From positions 1 to 24,310 of IMG/VR virus record IMGVR_UViG_3300044608_000444: a DNA stretch of 24,310 nt; one strand, written 5' to 3'. This DNA comes from a virus. Lineage: Duplodnaviria > Caudoviricetes. The notes beneath the pieces were generated by a model, which was not told where the DNA came from, made no database searches, and was given only the letters and a program-made list of their open reading frames with translations. Numbering within the stretch: the stretch's first letter is position 1; each line of letters opens with the position of its first letter. This document shows, piece by piece, positions 8,791-16,525 of the stretch. The translations under genes and the position numbers were made by a program.

Positions 8791-9278
8791 TTCGAACTGT
8801 TCGGTGATCGACGTGTTCGACTGTTCGGTTTTTGATCTGTACGACTGTTCGTTTTTTTGGCTGCGTGAACTGTTCGGTTTCAACACGTGGCTGCGTTGTT
8901 ATAGTTTGTAAAAATTTCGTATACAGTCTTACAGTAGCGGCAAATGTTCGAACAGTACCCCCATTTGTTCCACAAAGTGCGTACAATTTTGTTTCGTATC
9001 GCGGCGTGGCAGCGGTTAGCACCTGATGTGTAAATCTACATATCAGATTGCAGTAGTCTTTATCTAATCTTATTAAAATCTACATCACTTCTATACTGTT
9101 CGTTTTTTGAAAAAGAGGGTAGCGGGAAAATTTGCTCCACCCAAAAACGAACAGTTGCCGGTGCAGACTGTTCGGTTTCTCCACGCCGTTTTTTGGGAGA
9201 GCATTTTTTCGGCCAAAAAACGAACCATCGAACAGTCCTTATAAATCAAGCACTTACACGCCCCCCATCAAGAACAGT
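8789..9278. repeat. Iteron-like ACTGTTCG array; candidate replication origin or genome-end region
   Basis: ACTGTTCG at 8796, 8820, 8844, 8869, 9095, 9167; reverse CGAACAGT at 8949, 9148, 9229; degenerate copies in between; AT-rich core about 9030-9115. Confidence 0.7.
9244..9256 (+). promoter_or_regulatory. IHF consensus site
   Basis: AATCAAGCACTTA matches WATCAANNNNTTR. Confidence 0.5.
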
Positions 9279-9370
9279 CCAGTACACAATAAAACTCGAC
9301 ACGCGCACTATCCTGCATACTTATCAGTCTGTACTCAACCTTTATCATCTGACACTGAATCTACCAAGAC

Positions 9371-9399
9371 TTGACAAGCAGTGCTGTTTGGTGTACACT
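9371..9399 (+). promoter_or_regulatory. Strong sigma70 early promoter P1
   Basis: TTGACA-N17-TACACT. Confidence 0.88.
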
Positions 9400-9437
9400 A
9401 CAGGCTGTTGAGTAGGAGTTCGCCTACACAACACGAA

Positions 9438-9454
9438 TCTAGTCGGCGACTAGA
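9438..9454. promoter_or_regulatory. Palindromic operator-like site, copy 3
   Basis: TCTAGTCG-G-CGACTAGA between the P1 leader hairpin and the RBS of 9476. Confidence 0.75.
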
Positions 9455-9475
9455 AATTTTCTCCAAGGACTGATC

Positions 9476-9703
9476 ATGGAATTCACCTTCAACACCAACC
9501 GCATGTACGGCCCCGAGGGTCAGATCATCACCGTCACCTGGGACGCGACCACGGGCGTTGCCCGGTTCGACGACAAGACCCGGTGCATCAAGGGCGAGTT
9601 GACCAAGCGCATCCCCCAAGACCCTGAGATGCCGTGGACGCAGATCGAGATGCAAGCCATCGTCCTGGCTCAGTACGACCGCTGCCACTACAACACCATC
9701 TGA
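9476..9703 (+). CDS. Hypothetical early protein
   Basis: 75 aa, AAGGA RBS, first gene after P1. Confidence 0.75.
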   Translation: MEFTFNTNRMYGPEGQIITVTWDATTGVARFDDKTRCIKGELTKRIPQDPEMPWTQIEMQAIVLAQYDRCHYNTI

Positions 9704-9719
9704 CCCGGAGACCACCGAC

Positions 9720-9941
9720 ATGACCCGCCGAATGAAACCTACCTGCTCCCGGTGCGGGGAGACCTTCTCCGCTGCACGCCGCAACGCCGGATACCACCTG
9801 TGCCTGTTCTGTGGCGATGACGCCGCACGGGAAGAACGCAAGGGATGGTGCATCGCCCCGATGCACAAGTCCAACTACATGCTGTTCACCAACCCCGCCG
9901 ACCTGATCGGCATCAACAACAAAGGAGGGCTTGTGAAATGA
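9720..9941 (+). CDS. Small zinc-finger protein
   Basis: CSRC...CLFC, followed by APMHKSNYM...INNKGG; GGAG RBS. Confidence 0.75.
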   Translation: MTRRMKPTCSRCGETFSAARRNAGYHLCLFCGDDAAREERKGWCIAPMHKSNYMLFTNPADLIGINNKGGLVK

Positions 9942-10126
9942 AAGAAGTTAAGAGTTTGTCCCGTGAGGACTGGATCATCCTGCGCCTGATCTATGCGGGG
10001 GTGGAAGCCGACCGCCAATTGCGTTTCAACCCGGAGTTTCACCGCGCCATGAGCGACCTGCTCAAGCGGTGCGGAGTTCGCGCCGTGCACGAGGCCATCC
10101 ACCAACTGAACGAGGAGCAAGCATGA
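9938..10126 (+). CDS. Hypothetical protein
   Basis: ATGA overlap with the upstream stop, AAGGAGG RBS; MKEVKSLSREDW...; start trimmed from the ORF track. Confidence 0.65.
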   Translation: MKEVKSLSREDWIILRLIYAGVEADRQLRFNPEFHRAMSDLLKRCGVRAVHEAIHQLNEEQA

Positions 10127-10488
10127 GCAAGATCATCAAAACATCCAACGCCAACGCACGCCAGTACGTGCAACGCCGCGAGGAGTTCGACGCAAGCAAC
10201 ACCTTTGCCCGGATCCTGCTCCCCTACGACAAGTGCCTGACGTATCGCTACGTGGTGTATTCCTATGGCGCGCACTTCCCCTTGTTCGTTGCAGAGTGGC
10301 ACGCGGATGACGGCAAGGTGCAGTGGTACGAGACCACGGGCAGGTACAGCGTCACCACGTCCAAGCACAAGACCCAACTGCACCCACTGGAGCAGGCCAT
10401 GCCCATGGACACGGACAGGATGCAAGTCCTAACCACCTACGGTATCGCCGGAGTCGCTGCGGGTATGGAAGCGGACGTGCCTTTCTAA
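10123..10488 (+). CDS. Hypothetical early protein
   Basis: GAGGAG RBS, ATGA overlap; YVVYSYGAHFPLF...YSVTTSKH motif recalled from phage early proteins. Confidence 0.75.
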   Translation: MSKIIKTSNANARQYVQRREEFDASNTFARILLPYDKCLTYRYVVYSYGAHFPLFVAEWHADDGKVQWYETTGRYSVTTSKHKTQLHPLEQAMPMDTDRMQVLTTYGIAGVAAGMEADVPF

Positions 10489-10511
10489 TCGTAGCAATAA
10501 CTATCAAAGAG

Positions 10512-10540
10512 TTGACAAACGTATCAAACAGTGATACACT
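10512..10540 (+). promoter_or_regulatory. Strong sigma70 early promoter P2
   Basis: TTGACA-N17-TACACT; downstream ACAGGCTGTTGAGTAGGAG identical to P1. Confidence 0.88.
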
Positions 10541-10601
10541 ACAGGCTGTTGAGTAGGAGATCGCCTACTCAACGCCGGAGTCCATATTCAACGCAACAAG
10601 A

Positions 10602-10618
10602 TCTAGTCGCCGACTAGA
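10602..10618. promoter_or_regulatory. Palindromic operator-like site, copy 4
   Basis: TCTAGTCG-C-CGACTAGA just upstream of the RBS of 10642. Confidence 0.75.
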
Positions 10619-10641
10619 AAAACTCAAGGAAAGATCTGACC

Positions 10642-11559
10642 ATGAACACCATCTCGACCCAAACCAATACTGCACCCGTCTTCACCGCCCCGAGCATCGC
10701 ATCCTCAGCCGTGCTGATCGACATGAGCATCAGCGTGTGGACTGGGCGCAAGCACGACAAACGTGCATCCGAGGAAGTTGTCACCAAGAACAACGCCGCC
10801 AAGGGCGTGGCCAACGTGTCCAAGAAGTTGCTCGGCGACTGCGCCGAATTGGATGCGGTGCAGAAGTTCGCAGCAAACGCACGCAACTCACACTACGCCA
10901 TGACCACGCCGTGGTCGGATCTCGGGCTGCGCATGTGCCCCACGGCCACATACATCAACGGGTACGAGAAGCAGATGAGTGGGTTGCAGCAGGAGTTCTT
11001 CCGTCTGGTGGACGTGTTCCTGCAAGCGTACGACTGGGAGGTGCAGAACGCACAGTTGAAACTCGGTGCCCTGTTCAACGCCGACGAGTACCCGACGACC
11101 GACTCACTGCGTGAGAAGTTCAAGTTTCGCTACACCCCGATGCCCATGCCCGAGGCAGGCGACTGGCGACTGGACGTGGAGGCCGAGGCAGCAGCATCCC
11201 TGCGCGACCAATACCAAAACTTCTACAGCGAGCAGTTCAAGCGTGCCATGGATGACGTGTGGCAGCGCACGTACGAGGCACTGTCCAAGATGAGCGAGCG
11301 CCTGGACTACGGCGACGACACAAACAAGAAGATCTTTCGGGACAGCCTTGTGTCCAACGTCAAGGACATGGTGCAGATGCTGACCGACTTCAATGTCACC
11401 GACGACCCGGTGATGCGCAATGCAGCACGCCAACTGGAGCATGCCCTGGAGGGTGTGACGCCGGAGGCACTGCGTGAGGATGCGTACCTGCGTGCCGAGA
11501 CAAAGCGGCACGTGGACGAGGTGCGCAAGACCATCGACAGTCTGGGACTGGGGTGGTGA
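10642..11559 (+). CDS. DUF3150-like protein (partner of the AAA/vWA pair)
   Basis: 305 aa; SSAVLIDMSISVWTGRK N-terminal motif, YPTTDSLREKFKF, helical C-terminus; position upstream of AAA + vWA genes. Confidence 0.6.
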   Translation: MNTISTQTNTAPVFTAPSIASSAVLIDMSISVWTGRKHDKRASEEVVTKNNAAKGVANVSKKLLGDCAELDAVQKFAANARNSHYAMTTPWSDLGLRMCPTATYINGYEKQMSGLQQEFFRLVDVFLQAYDWEVQNAQLKLGALFNADEYPTTDSLREKFKFRYTPMPMPEAGDWRLDVEAEAAASLRDQYQNFYSEQFKRAMDDVWQRTYEALSKMSERLDYGDDTNKKIFRDSLVSNVKDMVQMLTDFNVTDDPVMRNAARQLEHALEGVTPEALREDAYLRAETKRHVDEVRKTIDSLGLGW

Positions 11560-11623
11560 GACAACACGTACGGTAAACGTACCACTAATCAATCACACAT
11601 CAACATCTTTCAAGGAACTAATC

Positions 11624-12739
11624 ATGAAGCACAACTCTGCAATCTCTATGTACGCACTGAACCTCGATCAGATCGAGTCGGCCATCATCGCCGGGGGTGA
11701 CAAGCGAACCATGCTAGTGCAAGGCCACATGGGTACGGGTAAGTCCTCACTTCTCAAGACACTGAGCAAGCGCCTCAAGTCCCACACCCCGTGCTACTTC
11801 GACTGCACGACCAAAGACCTGGGCGACATCACCATCCCGCAGTTGCAAACCATTGACGACCAAGGGTTCGTGCGCTACGTGACCAACGAGGAGTTGGGTG
11901 TGCACCTGGGCAAGCCGATCATCCTGATGATTGACGAGTTCGGCAAGGCCAACCCCGCCGTGAAGAACGCCATGCTGCGCCTGATCTTGGAACGCAAGAT
12001 AGGAAGTTACACCCTGCACGAGGACTCAATAGTTTTTGCCACCACTAACCTCGGTGCCGAGGGTGTGGGCGACATGCTCCCGCCGCATGCACGCAACCGG
12101 ATCTCGGTGGTGACTGCACGCAAGCCCAGTAACTTGGAATGGATTGAGTGGGGTATCGCCAACGGCGTGGATCACACCCTGCTTGGATGGTGCAAGGACA
12201 ACCCGCAACTGTTCGCATCCTTTGAGGACATCGCCGAGCCGACCGATGCACAAGGCAACCCGACCAACCCCTACGTGTATCACCCACGTGTGCCGATGAC
12301 TGCATTTGTCACGCCGCGCTCACTGGAGGCTGCGTCTGACTGGCTGAAGGTGCGTGATGGGTTCGACGACCAGACCCTGACGGCAATCCTCATGGGCACT
12401 ATCGGTGAGCGTGGCGCTATGGATCTCATGGCGCACGTGAAGATGGCCGACCAACTGCCCCGACTGGATGACATCAAGAAGGATCCGATGAACGCCAAGG
12501 TGCCCGAGTCCCCTGCTGCCGTGTGCATGGTGGTGTATCGCACCCTGTCCGTGATTGACCGCGACTGGGTGGATGCGTGGATGACCTACCTGCTGCGCCT
12601 GGACAAGGAAGCCCAAGGTATGTTTGCCAACGGGGTGCGCACGCCCAAGTATCCCAAGCAGTCCATCGTGATGACCAACAAGAAGTTCACCGACTGGGCA
12701 CGTGAGAACAACTACCTGTTTGCTGCGGACAAGAAGTAA
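11624..12739 (+). CDS. MoxR-type AAA+ ATPase
   Basis: Walker A GHMGTGKS, Walker B ILMIDE, sensor ATTN, ARNR arginine finger, TPRS sensor 2; ATG 11624 behind AAGGAA RBS. Confidence 0.9.
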   Translation: MKHNSAISMYALNLDQIESAIIAGGDKRTMLVQGHMGTGKSSLLKTLSKRLKSHTPCYFDCTTKDLGDITIPQLQTIDDQGFVRYVTNEELGVHLGKPIILMIDEFGKANPAVKNAMLRLILERKIGSYTLHEDSIVFATTNLGAEGVGDMLPPHARNRISVVTARKPSNLEWIEWGIANGVDHTLLGWCKDNPQLFASFEDIAEPTDAQGNPTNPYVYHPRVPMTAFVTPRSLEAASDWLKVRDGFDDQTLTAILMGTIGERGAMDLMAHVKMADQLPRLDDIKKDPMNAKVPESPAAVCMVVYRTLSVIDRDWVDAWMTYLLRLDKEAQGMFANGVRTPKYPKQSIVMTNKKFTDWARENNYLFAADKK

Positions 12740-12750
12740 GGAGAGATGAA

Positions 12751-13989
12751 ATGCTGATGATCGGTAAACAACTCACCGCCGAGCAGCGCCTGAACAAGGC
12801 GGTGATCGACATCATGGGTAACCCACGCTACATCGCACTCGCAGGGGTGGTGATGATCGGTGCACGCACCATCTCGGACAAGGTGCCCACTGCCATGACC
12901 AACGGACGTGATGAGGTGTATGGCCGTGCGTTTGTGGACATGCTCAACGATGCGGAGTTGCGGTTCCTTGTGCTGCACGAGGTCTATCACAAACTCTATC
13001 GTCACCTGACCACGTGGCGTCACCTGTATGACGAGAACGGGCGACTGGCAAACGTGGCGTGCGACCACGTGATCAACCTGAAGATCATCGCCGAAAACTT
13101 CGACGGCTTCGCCACCATGCCCAAGCACAAGAAGACGGGCAAGTTGATAGGCGTGGCCGATCCTCGGTTCAGTGGCATGGACTCTGCCCAAGTGTTCAAC
13201 ATCCTAAAGGATGAGCAGGACGAGGACGGCGGAGAAGGTGGTGGTGATGGTGAGGGCGGTGCCGGACAAGGCGGTGCCGAATCCAATACCGATGGTGGCC
13301 TGGACTCCCACGACTGGGAGGGTGCGGGTGACATGACCGAGGAGGAAGCCAAGGAGTTGGAGCGTGACATTGACGAGGCAATACGTCAGGGCGTACTGGC
13401 TGCGGGTAAGTTGGGCACGGGTGGTCGGCGTGACCTGGAGGACATGCTGCAACCCAAGGTGGACTGGCGCGAGGTGCTGCGTGAGTTCGTGAACCAGACC
13501 TGTGCGGGTAACGACTTCTCCACGTGGCGCAGGCCCAACCGCCGCTTTGTGTCCTCGGGTATCTACATGCCATCAGGTGTGAGTGAGCAGGTGGGTGAGT
13601 TGGTGATTGCCATCGACACGTCAGGCTCTATCGGTGGGCGTGAGTTGGCGCAGTTCCTGGGCGAGGTGTCTGCGATCTGCGAGACCGTGCATCCGAGCGC
13701 CGTGCGTCTGCTGTACTGGGACACGAGCGTGTGCCGTGACGAGCGGTACGAGGGTGAGCAGGTGCGTGACATCGCAAGGTCAACAAAACCCGCCGGTGGT
13801 GGAGGCACAAGCGTGTCATGCGTTAACAAGTACATGGCAGAGCATGCGATCAAGGCGCAGGCAGTGATCGTTCTCACCGATGGTTATCTCGGCAACGATT
13901 GGGGATCATGGTCTCTGCCCGTGCTGTGGTGCATCATGGGATCGAACGCAACTGCGCCGCACGGCAAGACCGTGCACGTCAAAGACTAG
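12751..13989 (+). CDS. HExxH metallopeptidase-like + vWA domain protein (DUF2201-like)
   Basis: HEVYH zinc motif, NVACDHVIN, acidic Gly-rich linker, MIDAS DTSGS, GGGT, TDG; AAGGAG RBS. Confidence 0.88.
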   Translation: MLMIGKQLTAEQRLNKAVIDIMGNPRYIALAGVVMIGARTISDKVPTAMTNGRDEVYGRAFVDMLNDAELRFLVLHEVYHKLYRHLTTWRHLYDENGRLANVACDHVINLKIIAENFDGFATMPKHKKTGKLIGVADPRFSGMDSAQVFNILKDEQDEDGGEGGGDGEGGAGQGGAESNTDGGLDSHDWEGAGDMTEEEAKELERDIDEAIRQGVLAAGKLGTGGRRDLEDMLQPKVDWREVLREFVNQTCAGNDFSTWRRPNRRFVSSGIYMPSGVSEQVGELVIAIDTSGSIGGRELAQFLGEVSAICETVHPSAVRLLYWDTSVCRDERYEGEQVRDIARSTKPAGGGGTSVSCVNKYMAEHAIKAQAVIVLTDGYLGNDWGSWSLPVLWCIMGSNATAPHGKTVHVKD

Positions 13990-14139
13990 GGTCAGGGGAT
14001 TCATAGATTAGCAGGATGCGACAAGCCCGGTAGATGCGACCCGCAACCTGTGTGCACAACGGCCCCTTGACCCCAGATCCATGACCGTTGTGTGCATCCT
14101 TTCAACCACGAGGGGGGCGTGGAATCTACCTTTCCCCCC
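13989..14139 (+). ncRNA. Candidate structured RNA with several pseudoknots (family not recognised)
   Basis: Intergenic; complementary pairs 13989-13998/14064-14073, 14051-14062/14085-14096, 14029-14035/14124-14130, 14106-14110/14118-14122, 14112-14117/14134-14139. Confidence 0.55.
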
Positions 14140-14177
14140 ACCCCAACAACTTCATAAACATCTTTCAAGGAAACATC

Positions 14178-15206
14178 ATGGCTGAGATCAATGGGTTCAA
14201 CTATGTATTCAAGCACGCCGATGCTGAGGTCGGTGCTATCAAGAAGTTCACTGAGAAGTTCATCACCAAGACCAAGGAAGCGATGGAGTCGGTGAATGAA
14301 GCGTTGCAGAGCGGACTGCTGCGCAAGGAAGAAGCGTTCCCGCATTGGTATCGCTTTGTCGATGACCTGCCCATGAGCAAGCCCCTGGCCGACTGGTGCG
14401 AGGAGTTGCGTGCGGTCAACCGCCGTGTGAAGTTCGGGTTGCGGCAGACGGGCATGCACTTCACATTTGGCCCGGGTAACCTGAAGATCCTCAACGAGGT
14501 GTGGATGTACCTGCCGGAGCAGCCGTATGCACTGATGCGCCTGGGGTATCGAGACTACTTCACCACGCAGGTGGGCGGTGGCTCGGAACGGTTCGGCATC
14601 TACACGCGCCTGATCCAGAACGGCAAGTACAACACCGACAACGAGCAGCACTGCATGTCGCTCACTGAGAGTTTCGCCCGTGCTGTGGTCAACGCCAAGA
14701 AGTACATGCGCCAGTACACGCCGCAGGAGTTGGTGCGCATCAAGTTGGGTGACTTTGCCAACAACGTAGCGAACGAGACCTACTCATTCAACAACGAGGC
14801 GTCAGGTGCTGACGGCGCGGTGCGTACGCACGATGCGCTGTTGCCTGAGTTGTCCTACCTTGTGGACAGTGGGTACGAGTTCAAGTCGGGGCAATTGCGT
14901 GAAGCCGTGGTGAATTGGATGGCGAAACACAAGGCTGCGCAGGAGCATCGTGCCCGTGCACGCCATGCTTGGTTTGTACATGTGTACGAGAGGTTCGACA
15001 AGCAGTACTTCGATGTCATCGAGATGTTCGACGTGCACAAGAAGAACAACCCGAGCATCCAGTCCTCACGTACCTACACGGCTGATGACATGCCCGAGGA
15101 GATCATGGGTAAGTTGTCTGTGCTGACCATGGTGGACGTGGGGCACCGGGTGTCGGACGTGGGTATGCGTGCGACTGAAACAACCTTCTACGTGGAGCGT
15201 GTGTGA
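14178..15206 (+). CDS. Hypothetical protein
   Basis: ATG 14178 behind AAGGAA RBS (track start 14088 lies inside the structured element); 342 aa, phage-like codon usage. Confidence 0.8.
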   Translation: MAEINGFNYVFKHADAEVGAIKKFTEKFITKTKEAMESVNEALQSGLLRKEEAFPHWYRFVDDLPMSKPLADWCEELRAVNRRVKFGLRQTGMHFTFGPGNLKILNEVWMYLPEQPYALMRLGYRDYFTTQVGGGSERFGIYTRLIQNGKYNTDNEQHCMSLTESFARAVVNAKKYMRQYTPQELVRIKLGDFANNVANETYSFNNEASGADGAVRTHDALLPELSYLVDSGYEFKSGQLREAVVNWMAKHKAAQEHRARARHAWFVHVYERFDKQYFDVIEMFDVHKKNNPSIQSSRTYTADDMPEEIMGKLSVLTMVDVGHRVSDVGMRATETTFYVERV

Positions 15207-15643
15207 TGTGGGATATACGAGATGCATTGCGCGTGGAGATCGCGCAGATGTTGAACGAAGGAAAGAAGGCAGAGCACAAATCAAACCCTCGGGCGCAAGC
15301 ACAGTGGGCGAAGCAGTTGGATATGTTCTTGGTGATGATAAGCAACGAGGATGCTGACCTGCCTTCATGCGCTGACGATTACACCTATCGCGTGAACATC
15401 GAAGCAGATGGATCAATCCACATCATCTGTTTCGGGTTGCCAACTGTTGACAGCAACTGCGAGGGCCACTACGATAAGGCTGACGATCTACCCAACTGGG
15501 TACAAGACCGTCTTGCTATTCTGATGATGACACCGAACGTGAAACCCACCCCGGACATCCGTGGTGTTGGAAGACGCATCTCGGGAAGTGTGTTTTGGAT
15601 TTACGCCCCAGACCACACCCCCGAGGAAGACGCACGTGCATAA
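15206..15643 (+). CDS. Hypothetical protein (C-terminus resembles that of the preceding protein)
   Basis: TGATG coupling; Y..ADDLPNWVQDRLAILMM...IRGVGRRISGSVFWI vs YTADDMPEEIMGKLSVLTM...VSDVGMRATETTFYV. Confidence 0.75.
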   Translation: MWDIRDALRVEIAQMLNEGKKAEHKSNPRAQAQWAKQLDMFLVMISNEDADLPSCADDYTYRVNIEADGSIHIICFGLPTVDSNCEGHYDKADDLPNWVQDRLAILMMTPNVKPTPDIRGVGRRISGSVFWIYAPDHTPEEDARA

Positions 15644-15646
15644 GTT

Positions 15647-15665
15647 TGTTAGTGCCGCACTAACA
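15647..15665. promoter_or_regulatory. Variant palindromic operator-like site
   Basis: TGTTAGTGC-C-GCACTAACA; shares TAGT-N5-ACTA with the four other palindromes; just upstream of the RBS of the HTH gene. Confidence 0.6.
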
Positions 15666-15682
15666 TTTTTCTGGAGAGACCA

Positions 15683-16069
15683 ATGAGAAAGAAGATGACT
15701 ACCGCCGCCAAGATCCGCAGGATGTTGGCAAAGGGCTACGAGCCCAAAGAGATTGCACGCCGACTGGACTGCCCCGTGCAGCAGGTCTACACCGTGCGCT
15801 ATCACGAGAACCGCAAGATGGGAATCGGTGCGCTTGTCACTGAGACCCCTGCGCCGATTCCTGTGGTGGGTGTGGCTACGCCCAAGAAGCGTGGCCGTCC
15901 GCGCAAGGAGACAGTTGATACCAGTGACGGAGAGAAGTACACGCGGGGCACGCCGTTGTTGGATGCGGCTATCGCCTTCCCTCCGAGTCAAGCCCCAGTG
16001 CCCGTGGTCATCCCGACCAAGCCGAGCATGGCGCAACGTGTCAGGGAGTGGTTTGCATCATGGCGATGA
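15683..16069 (+). CDS. Putative HTH DNA-binding protein with AT-hook-like motif
   Basis: GYEPKEIARRLDCPVQQVYTVR (HTH-like) and KKRGRPRK; GGAGAG RBS. Confidence 0.65.
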   Translation: MRKKMTTAAKIRRMLAKGYEPKEIARRLDCPVQQVYTVRYHENRKMGIGALVTETPAPIPVVGVATPKKRGRPRKETVDTSDGEKYTRGTPLLDAAIAFPPSQAPVPVVIPTKPSMAQRVREWFASWR

Positions 16070-16353
16070 CACCCGAGGCCAAGGTCAAGAAGGTTGTCGT
16101 GGCGCAACTCAAGGCTCTGGGCGCTTACTACTTCTACCCCGTCACCGGGGGATATGGGAGCAGCGGCGTGCCGGACATCGTGGGTTGTTACAAGGGTGCC
16201 TTCTTTGGCATTGAGTGCAAGGCAGGGAAGAACAAACCGACCCCACTACAACTAAAGAATATTGGGGCTATCAACGTGGCCGATGGCATCGCCTTCGTGG
16301 TGAACGAGGAGAACATGCACGAGGTCAAGGAACTTCTGGAGAGACTGGCATGA
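16060..16353 (+). CDS. VRR-NUC domain nuclease (Holliday junction resolvase-like)
   Basis: TPEAKVK...GVPDIVGC...FFGIECKAG...PTPLQ PD-(D/E)xK motif. Confidence 0.88.
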   Translation: MAMTPEAKVKKVVVAQLKALGAYYFYPVTGGYGSSGVPDIVGCYKGAFFGIECKAGKNKPTPLQLKNIGAINVADGIAFVVNEENMHEVKELLERLA

Positions 16354-16514
16354 ACGTGAAGTTGTTAAGCATGGCACGCCGCCTGTGGAATGCGGATCAC
16401 GCACCCGCTGAGGTCAACCGTAGAAACCAACGAGAGTGGGCGCGATCCGTTCACCGACTGGGGGACAAATGGCTACTCGCAACGTACGTGCAAAAAAAGA
16501 CAGGGCTGCACTAG
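16350..16514 (+). CDS. Small hypothetical protein
   Basis: ATGA overlap, GGAGAG RBS; MNVKLLSMARRLWN...RLGDKWLLA. Confidence 0.7.
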   Translation: MNVKLLSMARRLWNADHAPAEVNRRNQREWARSVHRLGDKWLLATYVQKKTGLH

Positions 16515-16525
16515 AACAGCCTCCG

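Noticed and set aside
8632-8880. Possible mini-CRISPR array
   Set aside because: Only two degenerate long repeats plus 8-bp repeats; no regular repeat-spacer units of CRISPR dimensions
8675-9411. ORFs 8675-9022(-), 8832-9026(+), 9132-9374(+), 9193-9411(+)
   Set aside because: They lie in the repeat-rich control region, lack RBSs and have atypical composition
11474-11623. N-terminal extensions given by the ORF track (also 1940-2092, 14088-14177, 19528-19551)
   Set aside because: Downstream starts have better RBS or coupling; the extensions overlap other genes or structured elements
14008-14050. Twister ribozyme (ACAAGCCCGG resembles the twister L4 region) or HDV-like fold
   Set aside because: No matching P4 5' strand or twister pseudoknot partners; no P3/L3 between the helices as HDV requires; no CUGANGA/GAAA hammerhead core
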